From an uncultured virus (IMG/VR IMGVR_UViG_3300027673_000002) (Duplodnaviria > Heunggongvirae > Uroviricota > Caudoviricetes), in the IMG/VR virus record IMGVR_UViG_3300027673_000002, positions 62,001 through 83,496 of that record: a DNA stretch of 21,496 nt; one strand, 5' to 3'. How positions within the stretch are numbered: position 1 is the stretch's first letter; each line of letters begins with the position of its first letter. Positions 1 through 5,493 of the stretch are shown here, in pieces. The notes under the pieces are model-generated. The model was not told where the DNA came from. It ran no database searches and worked only from the letters and a program-made list of their open reading frames with translations. The translations under genes and the position numbers were made by a program.

Positions 1-2
1 CT

Positions 3-212
3 GTCAACTCCAATGCATTCGCTGTAGCACAAGAACTTAAACAAGAAATTGCAGACCGAATTTGTGAGTATGGTACGGTTTCTAAATGGTTGCACGAAAC
101 CCACGGTGTATCTTATGAAGATATGACTGAAGATCGGATGCTTTTCTATCGGTATCGCTGGTTGCGTCAAATGGCCGTAGAGGCGTTCAACGAAGAAAAT
201 AATAACCTTTAA
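3..212 (+). CDS. 3' end of a hypothetical phage protein (truncated by window start)
   Basis: Frame 3 is open from the window start (VNSNAFAVAQELKQEIADRICEYG...RYRWLRQMAVEAFNEENNNL) to TAA at 210-212, directly followed by a promoter cassette. Confidence 0.75.
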   Translation, partial: VNSNAFAVAQELKQEIADRICEYGTVSKWLHETHGVSYEDMTEDRMLFYRYRWLRQMAVEAFNEENNNL

Positions 213-281
213 TTTTACTCAAGTATCTGAAAACCTAGGCTTTTCTGTTATACTAGAGGTTCTTTCAGCAACAACAGGAGT
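213..281 (+). promoter_or_regulatory. Promoter/RBS cassette, type A copy 1
   Basis: TCAAGTA at 219-225, extended -10 TGnTATACT at 246-254, ACAGGAG RBS at 274-280 before ATG 287. Closely similar to 1876-1940. Confidence 0.75.
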
Positions 282-286
282 TCATT

Positions 287-526
287 ATGCAAGTAGAGAT
301 TAGTCCAGAAAAAAGAAAGTTTGAACCTGTCAAACTTAGTATTACTTTTGAGAGTGAGCAAGAACTTAAAGTGTTTCATGCTATGATCAAAGCAGATTCT
401 CGCATCCCTAATAAGTTGCGTGACGACAGGGATTTGACTAGCTACGAAAGTGAGATTCTTGCAAAAATTATGTGGAAGCTTCACCTTAGCATTAACAGTC
501 TGAAAGGAAAATCAATCGATGCCTAA
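287..526 (+). CDS. Hypothetical protein (79 aa)
   Basis: ACAGGAG RBS and own promoter; overlaps the next ORF. Confidence 0.8.
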   Translation: MQVEISPEKRKFEPVKLSITFESEQELKVFHAMIKADSRIPNKLRDDRDLTSYESEILAKIMWKLHLSINSLKGKSIDA

Positions 527-902
527 GTTTAAGGTTGGTGATATTGTTGTGCGGAAATCGCATACTTGTAAACAAATAAACGAAGCCGGACAATGTGTTG
601 CTGAGTGCAAAGTTGGAGATATATGCGAAGTGCTATCGGTTGATAGCTACTATCCATTTCTAATCTCGGTTCGACCTCTATTCTCTGAAAACGTAATCTC
701 GAAATGTGTTGAACACTATTTCGAACTGCGTAAAGAGATTCATTTGAATAAAGCTGTAAAAGTACCACAAAGCATGATTGATTTGCTCGAAGGTGCTAAA
801 CAAAAGCTAATTCAGGAACGAGTCGAATTAGCTAGTAAAATTCTGGCTCTTGGTAAAGAGATAGAACAGTACGACGAAGTAATCAATTCTTTGAAAGGTT
901 AA
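519..902 (+). CDS. Hypothetical protein, SH3/KOW-like N-terminus plus C-terminal coiled coil
   Basis: KFKVGDIVVR start is typical of phage SH3-like folds; heptad-like LEGAKQKLIQERVELASKILALGKEIEQY; AAGGA RBS. Confidence 0.8.
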   Translation: MPKFKVGDIVVRKSHTCKQINEAGQCVAECKVGDICEVLSVDSYYPFLISVRPLFSENVISKCVEHYFELRKEIHLNKAVKVPQSMIDLLEGAKQKLIQERVELASKILALGKEIEQYDEVINSLKG

Positions 903-904
903 AT

Positions 905-1498
905 ATGTCTAAATATCAAGCTGGTGATACCGTAGTTCGTTCGTGGGGTGATACGAATGCACGATTAGAAGATTCAGAAGGTAATTGCGTTTATTACATT
1001 ACCATTAAGGTAGGTGACGAATTTATTGTGCATAGTGTAGATTGGGTTAGTGATACTGTGGACCTTTTTCATAATACCAAAAAAGATCATGTGATTAAAG
1101 GTTGCACTGCTAGTTACTTTAAACTCAAGGAAAAAGAGGAAAAAGAGGAAACCAAGCAAATGACTACACCAAAAAAAATTGTTACGGTTCGTTCTCGTGT
1201 GTCTTCTGATGATAATTCTTCAACAGATCGAATTACTCAAATAAAGACCCTTCGTGAAAGTTGTGGTTATGGTTTGAGAGAGGCTAAAGATATTTGCGAT
1301 AAAATCTATTACAACAACCAAGCAAAAGTTGAAGTAGAACTTCTACCCACCGTGGTTATGCGAGACTTCAATAAGTATTTTGAAATTATTGGAGGAGATG
1401 GTGCGTTTAATCTGAACGATAAACTCAAGACTCTGGCTATTGAAGCACTTCAGGCTGGTGATGTACAGGCAGCTAAGACTGTGTTGAGTATGCTTTAA
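905..1498 (+). CDS. SH3-like domain fused to a ribosomal protein L7/L12 C-terminal-like domain
   Basis: KYQAGDTVVR N-terminus; RITQIKTLRESCGYGLREAKDICD resembles the bL12 CTD motif KIxVIKxVRxxTGLGLKEAKDLVE. Confidence 0.7.
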   Translation: MSKYQAGDTVVRSWGDTNARLEDSEGNCVYYITIKVGDEFIVHSVDWVSDTVDLFHNTKKDHVIKGCTASYFKLKEKEEKEETKQMTTPKKIVTVRSRVSSDDNSSTDRITQIKTLRESCGYGLREAKDICDKIYYNNQAKVEVELLPTVVMRDFNKYFEIIGGDGAFNLNDKLKTLAIEALQAGDVQAAKTVLSML

Positions 1499-1500
1499 TA

Positions 1501-1576
1501 CCTGAGTATTTTGTAGGGTTTTCGTAGAAAGTTCAGAAACCGTGTATACTTGAGGCTTCAGCAACACAAACAGGAG
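1501..1576 (+). promoter_or_regulatory. Promoter/RBS cassette, type B copy 1
   Basis: GAGTATTTTGT starting at 1504, TATACT at 1545-1550, ACAGGAG RBS at 1570-1576. Closely similar to 2255-2326. Confidence 0.7.
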
Positions 1577-1584
1577 CTAGTACT

Positions 1585-1860
1585 ATGAATACCCTGCACA
1601 TTGAAACTAACCACGGTTTTGTTGAGCTTGAGAACTTCCACATTGAGCATAAGCCTCGCACATGGGGTGATTGTAAAGGCACATATGCTGTGGCAGTTGG
1701 TACGGTCAAAGCCAGTGTAGAAACCTCTCGTCTCTTCCATGCTAGTTCTAGCCGTGAGGTATACCCAAAGGGTACTGTGGTGGAGTGCGCTGTGTACAAC
1801 ATGCCTTATTGCACCGATAAAGAGAAAGATACGTGGTTCGTGTCTACCGTTAGCTTCTGA
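1585..1860 (+). CDS. Hypothetical protein (91 aa)
   Basis: ACAGGAG RBS, promoter cassette, phage-like codon usage. Confidence 0.8.
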   Translation: MNTLHIETNHGFVELENFHIEHKPRTWGDCKGTYAVAVGTVKASVETSRLFHASSSREVYPKGTVVECAVYNMPYCTDKEKDTWFVSTVSF

Positions 1861-1863
1861 AAT

Positions 1864-1907
1864 AAAATCCCTGTATTTTAGTCAAGTACTAAGATGCAGG
1901 GATTTTT
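1864..1907 (+). terminator. Hairpin/terminator overlapping promoter cassette type A copy 2
   Basis: 18-bp stem AAAATCCCTGTATTTTAG / CTAAGATGCAGGGATTTT with two G-U pairs, loop TCAAGTA, ending in a T-run just after the stop at 1860. Confidence 0.6.
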
Positions 1908-1940
1908 CTGTTATACTATAGGTTCTTTTAAACACAGGAG
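1876..1940 (+). promoter_or_regulatory. Promoter/RBS cassette, type A copy 2
   Basis: TCAAGTA at 1882-1888, TGnTATACT at 1909-1917 (same 30-nt offset as copy 1), ACAGGAG at 1934-1940. Confidence 0.75.
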
Positions 1941-1945
1941 TAGTC

Positions 1946-2197
1946 ATGAATCAATTCTCTAAACTTACTACTGCACAAAGCGTAGCAATCCCTCTCGGTA
2001 GCATTATTCGTGCGTTGTACATTGGCAGTGAACCCTGCATATGCATGGTTACTGACTCCAGACTCAAGTATGGTGGTAAGGTTGGGTATACTTGTATGCT
2101 TATGCATGACATGAAGCTTTCTTTTCGCAAAGAAGTCTATAAAAAAGGTATGAGTATTGGTATCAATAACACTGAGGTTCTGGAAATTCTTGAGTAA
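1946..2197 (+). CDS. Hypothetical protein (83 aa)
   Basis: ACAGGAG RBS and promoter cassette. Confidence 0.75.
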   Translation: MNQFSKLTTAQSVAIPLGSIIRALYIGSEPCICMVTDSRLKYGGKVGYTCMLMHDMKLSFRKEVYKKGMSIGINNTEVLEILE

Positions 2198-2293
2198 TTT
2201 TGTAAGGATTTCTAGAAATCTTGCAGAAATTTACCAGAAATTTCCGAATAATTTCCGAGTATTTTGTGGGATTTTCTGGAAATTCTCAGAAAT
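2178..2293. repeat. Degenerate ~11-bp tandem repeat (TTYnnnGAAAT-like) with phased A/T tracts
   Basis: About ten units, e.g. tttctagaaat, cttgcagaaat, ttaccagaaat, ttccgaataat, ttccgagtatt, ttctggaaatt. Confidence 0.7.
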
Positions 2294-2326
2294 CGGTTAT
2301 ACTAGAGGCTCATCAACGCACAGGAG
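2255..2326 (+). promoter_or_regulatory. Promoter/RBS cassette, type B copy 2
   Basis: GAGTATTTTGT starting at 2257, TATACT at 2298-2303 (same 41-nt offset as copy 1), ACAGGAG at 2320-2326. Confidence 0.7.
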
Positions 2327-2332
2327 TTCATC

Positions 2333-2758
2333 ATGGCATTCATTACCAAAGCAGAAGTCAAAGCTAAGAACGAAGCACTGAAGGCTATCAATAAGAAGTA
2401 CGGTGTTACTGCTCGTTTCTCTGGTAGCAACAGCAGTTCTTTGGATTTCAAAGCTACCAAGGGAAGTATTGATTTCATGAGCAATTGGTACGAGACTGTA
2501 AAAGCTTCTGCATTTAACCATGATAATATCGAAGAGAATTACAACTACGTAAAGAAGTACGGTAATCTGAAAGTTAACCATTACTACATGGACCGTGCGT
2601 TTTCTGGTATTGCATTGGAATACCTGCGTGAAGTCTACACTATCATGCTAGATGGTCATTCTGATGATTCGGATATCATGACTGATTACTTCAATTGCTC
2701 ATGGTACAACAGTATGCAGATTGGTGAGTGGAACAAACCCTATGTATTGGTAGCTTAA
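2333..2758 (+). CDS. Conserved phage protein with DxSDxMTDYF motif
   Basis: KKYGV...GSIDF...VNHYY...DDSDIMTDYF...IGEWNKPY matches a widespread phage early-protein family recognised from memory. Confidence 0.85.
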   Translation: MAFITKAEVKAKNEALKAINKKYGVTARFSGSNSSSLDFKATKGSIDFMSNWYETVKASAFNHDNIEENYNYVKKYGNLKVNHYYMDRAFSGIALEYLREVYTIMLDGHSDDSDIMTDYFNCSWYNSMQIGEWNKPYVLVA

Positions 2759-2777
2759 TATGCCTTCTGGAGTACCT

Positions 2778-2951
2778 ATGATTAGTATTCTATACCTTGA
2801 TAACAATACACAGATGTGGGTTATTCTTCCTAATTCACCAGAGTTTAAATCCGAATCTGAAGCTCTGGAATACATGGTTAAACGAAAGCTTACTAGGTTG
2901 ACATTTAAGTTTGTAAATAAGCTAAACGCTGATAGTTCTGCGGAATCCTGA
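2778..2951 (+). CDS. Hypothetical protein (57 aa; start re-assigned from 2760)
   Basis: GGAG at 2769-2772 precedes ATG 2778. Confidence 0.55.
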   Translation: MISILYLDNNTQMWVILPNSPEFKSESEALEYMVKRKLTRLTFKFVNKLNADSSAES

Positions 2952-3030
2952 TAGCTCAAGGTTTAATTGCAAATTCATTTACGGAATCCTGCGAGTAAAA
3001 TTGCAAATAGAAAAACGGAAACCTGCGAGT
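2941..3030 (+). repeat. 34-bp direct repeat (2 copies plus a partial third)
   Basis: AATTGCAAAT at 2965 and 2999; ACGGAAWCCTGCGAGT at 2981 and 3015; CGGAATCCTG also at 2941. Confidence 0.8.
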
Positions 3031-3066
3031 TCGAAGCAATTGAGCAGGTTCAAGGATAAATTTAAT

Positions 3067-3088
3067 ACCCGCCTAGTGCGGGTTTTTT
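3067..3088 (+). terminator. Rho-independent terminator
   Basis: ACCCGC-ctagt-GCGGGT followed by a T run. Confidence 0.85.
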
Positions 3089-3094
3089 ATTGAG

Positions 3095-3202
3095 TTAAAT
3101 ATTCGAATATACGAATATACGAATATGCATATATACGTATATAAGCAATCTTGAATATAAGCATATAAGCAATCGCAAATATAATCAGGCGCTTATATTC
3201 GT
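3095..3202. repeat. 8-bp periodic tandem repeat (CGAATATA-like)
   Basis: cgaatata cgaatata cgaatatg catatata cgtatata agcaatct tgaatata agcatata agcaatcg caaatata. Confidence 0.8.
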
Positions 3203-3622
3203 CATTGGTTATATAAATAGCTGTGCATATTAATTACATTGGCAATTAATTAATTAATCGATTAATTAGCTATTAATTGTTTCTGCAATTCCGAATTAAA
3301 AGCAAATAATTAGTTTATTCAATTGTTTATTCTGGAATTCCGAAACTAAATATTGCATACGGTATTAATCAATTAATCAATCAGCACTCAAAACCCTATT
3401 AATTCACCAATAGGTTTTATCAATAGCGCCTGGCGGGCAATAGATTTTAACTAATTAGTTGGCTTTTATAACCATTGCCTGATTTTTCAATTCTCTACTA
3501 AAGCATAGGGTTATATAACCCTGCAATTTACTAGGGTATTATTTTGTGATATAAGCTGGCAATAGCTTTTTACAATTGTATCCTGGCGTTTGATCAATAA
3601 AAGCTATAACCTATAGGTCAAA

Positions 3623-3716
3623 AGTTATCCACAGCCTATCATGAGTTATGCACAGTTTGTTCTACCCCTAGGGGTAAGCGTATCTGTGCATAAGTACGGA
3701 TTTTCTGTGGAAAACT
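3623..3716. promoter_or_regulatory. Four DnaA boxes in dyad symmetry around a 14-bp palindrome
   Basis: TTATCCACA 3625-3633 and TTATGCACA 3646-3654 on +; TGTGCATAA 3685-3693 and TGTGGAAAA 3706-3714 (reverse). All match TTWTNCACA. Centre TACCCCTAGGGGTA at 3663-3676. Confidence 0.85.
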
Positions 3717-3822
3717 AGCATCACAGCAGGGATATCTTTTTTTAATATCAAGGTATGCCCACGGCAAAAAACGCCCCAAAAGCCCGTTTAAGCCCCTTAC
3801 TGAGCCTTTTCGTATTATGAAA

Positions 3823-3838
3823 TGGTACGTTAGTTGCT
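3823..3838 (+). promoter_or_regulatory. Sigma54 (RpoN) -24/-12 motif
   Basis: TGGTACG-ttag-TTGCT versus consensus TGGCACG-N4-TTGCW; GG-N10-GC spacing is exact. Confidence 0.65.
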
Positions 3839-3876
3839 ACGCGTACGGGCGCGCATTCGCGCATTCTTTCCAGTCT

Positions 3877-3896
3877 GCAAATGAGAATAATTCTCA
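3877..3896. promoter_or_regulatory. Fur box (7-1-7)
   Basis: GCAAA-TGAGAAT-A-ATTCTCA, a perfect 7-1-7 inverted repeat at 3882-3896 close to TGATAAT-N-ATTATCA. Confidence 0.7.
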
Positions 3897-3959
3897 CCAG
3901 GCGGACGTTGTATTTTTACAACCAATAACCCTTGATTTTAGTCAACTAAAAATAAAAGC

Positions 3960-3988
3960 TTGCAAGGCAGTCTAGATACCTTCACAAT
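3960..3988 (+). promoter_or_regulatory. Sigma70 promoter for the 4044-6318 operon
   Basis: TTGCAA (3960-3965), 17 nt, CACAAT (3983-3988), with an A-rich UP-like tract upstream. Confidence 0.6.
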
Positions 3989-4043
3989 TGAACCCATCGG
4001 TTAAGCAATAACGCAAACCGAAACAACCCAAAGGTAAAGCATT

Positions 4044-4208
4044 ATGAAAACTGCAATTCATCCCGAAGCATTCCACGCTATCCGCGCAGCACAAAATAAG
4101 ACAAACTGGGGTTCCTATGCTGCAATGCGATACATCCAAAAGCGTAACGTTAACCCTGCATTGTATCGATTGGCGCAGCAACTGGAGAATGCACGTAAAA
4201 TCAAATAA
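4044..4208 (+). CDS. Small basic early protein (54 aa, not in ORF track)
   Basis: AAGGT RBS; MKTAIHPEAFHAIRAAQNKTNWGSYAAMRYIQKRNVNPALYRLAQQLENARKIK; first ORF after the promoter. Confidence 0.75.
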   Translation: MKTAIHPEAFHAIRAAQNKTNWGSYAAMRYIQKRNVNPALYRLAQQLENARKIK

Positions 4209-4210
4209 AT

Positions 4211-4266
4211 AGAATTATCTGATAATGCATTAATTACTAGTGCATTATCGGGCTAATTCTGGCCGA
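4211..4266 (+). other. Intergenic RNA hairpin copy 1 (putative RNase III processing site)
   Basis: About 22-bp stem with G-U pairs and a bulged C, 5-nt loop, followed by GGCCGA. Confidence 0.7.
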
Positions 4267-4286
4267 AAACCAATCAAGGTAATATC

Positions 4287-4514
4287 ATGAAATATCAGTC
4301 TACCCAATACCACAATCTGCAAACCATCGAAAACAATCCGCCCAAAATTGGTCAATGGGTAAAGATGGATAGCGGTATTCGTGGGCAATATCTAGGTAAA
4401 ACGAATTCCGGCGCGATTGTCATTCGCTGGCAAAATGGGAATTTTGGTACAGTAGCCGATACAAAATCCAATCATTATTTGCGCCGCTTCGCCGTTGTAA
4501 ATGGTTCCAAATAA
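4287..4514 (+). CDS. Hypothetical protein (75 aa, SH3-like)
   Basis: AAGGT RBS; IGQWVKMDSGIRGQYLG beta-rich pattern. Confidence 0.8.
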   Translation: MKYQSTQYHNLQTIENNPPKIGQWVKMDSGIRGQYLGKTNSGAIVIRWQNGNFGTVADTKSNHYLRRFAVVNGSK

Positions 4515-4528
4515 TCAAGGGTAATTAA

Positions 4529-4738
4529 ATGCGCATTGTTTCTGTAATCAATCGTTCGCTGGGTTGTAAGGCAAAAGTTTATTACAACTCGGAATATTCC
4601 GAATACGTTGTAAAATACTGGGATTGTGATGGAGTTCAATTGTCCGAGAGTACATTCTATTACACCGACGACAAAGATGATGCAATTAGCACTGCGCATC
4701 GGGAATTGGATTTCATGATCGAGAGGGAGACAATCTAA
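4529..4738 (+). CDS. Hypothetical phage early protein (69 aa)
   Basis: AAGGGT RBS; the AKVYYNSEYSEYVVK...YYTDDKDDAISTA pattern is common in phage early regions. Confidence 0.8.
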   Translation: MRIVSVINRSLGCKAKVYYNSEYSEYVVKYWDCDGVQLSESTFYYTDDKDDAISTAHRELDFMIERETI

Positions 4739-4792
4739 ATTTATCTGATAGGGCATTAGATAATAGTGCCTTATCGGGCTAATTTTGGCCGA
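4737..4792 (+). other. Intergenic RNA hairpin copy 2 (putative RNase III processing site)
   Basis: Homologue of 4211-4266 with compensatory changes. Confidence 0.7.
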
Positions 4793-4810
4793 TAATCCCT
4801 AGGGGTTAAA

Positions 4811-5179
4811 ATGTCTGCATTCCTATGCTCTGATGTTCATTTTTCTGTAATCGCTCACCACATTGGCAACAGACTAGCACTAAACCTAGAAACTATGCAG
4901 TCCATAGCCAATGAACTAAAAAGGATAAACATCCAATCGGTGAATTATCGATACAACGAAAAATCACGCATTACTAAATGCAAATTTGGCTTGCCTGAAA
5001 ATCACGCTAAACTAACAGCGCATGATATCCTGAAAATAATCGACTGCTATCTATATCAAGCCTGCGAAAATCACAATAACGCACAATGGCAAATTGTGAA
5101 CAATGCCCTACAGCACGAAAAATCCATATTGGTGCAACTAGGGGCTAATGCTAAATTGTCTAACATCTGGAGTATCTGA
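4811..5179 (+). CDS. Conserved phage hypothetical protein (122 aa)
   Basis: AGGGG RBS; MSAF...H, NxxSVNYRY and CYxYQACE motifs of a widespread phage family. Confidence 0.85.
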   Translation: MSAFLCSDVHFSVIAHHIGNRLALNLETMQSIANELKRINIQSVNYRYNEKSRITKCKFGLPENHAKLTAHDILKIIDCYLYQACENHNNAQWQIVNNALQHEKSILVQLGANAKLSNIWSI

Positions 5180-5181
5180 GA

Positions 5182-5493
5182 ATGAATAATAAACTTATTA
5201 CACGTAAAGAATATATGGAGAATTCTTCAGAATTGCACCATGTTTATTATTCTCAATTTTGTAATGAAGCAATAATCCGAATGGTTAAGCTTCACTTTCC
5301 CAAGGATTTACAGAATTATGAATTGCACCAATGGGATAAATTCTCAGATATGACGCGAGGTTTAATCGATATAAAAATCTGGAAACAAGCAAATGAATAT
5401 ACAGTTCCGGGTTTTTATCCTTGGAGTCTTTCTGACAATGTGTGCATTCTTAAAGCGGCGCATAAGATAATAAAGGAAACGAACAATGCCTAA
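5182..5493 (+). CDS. Hypothetical protein (103 aa)
   Basis: GGAG RBS; tightly coupled to both neighbours. Confidence 0.8.
   Translation: MNNKLITRKEYMENSSELHHVYYSQFCNEAIIRMVKLHFPKDLQNYELHQWDKFSDMTRGLIDIKIWKQANEYTVPGFYPWSLSDNVCILKAAHKIIKETNNA

Noticed and set aside
2157..2381. 74-aa plus-strand ORF
   Set aside because: Translation of the 11-bp repeat and promoter region; overlaps two better-supported genes.
2941..3030. Possible mini-CRISPR array
   Set aside because: Only two full 34-bp units, with no unique 25-40 nt spacers and no cas genes in the window.
3921..3940. Possible IHF site next to the DnaA/sigma54 motifs
   Set aside because: TAACCCTTGATT has 3 rather than 4 spacer bases for YAA-N4-TTGATW; not counted.
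3972..4181. 69-aa minus-strand ORF
   Set aside because: Antisense to the better-supported plus-strand ORF 4044-4208, which has a promoter and RBS.
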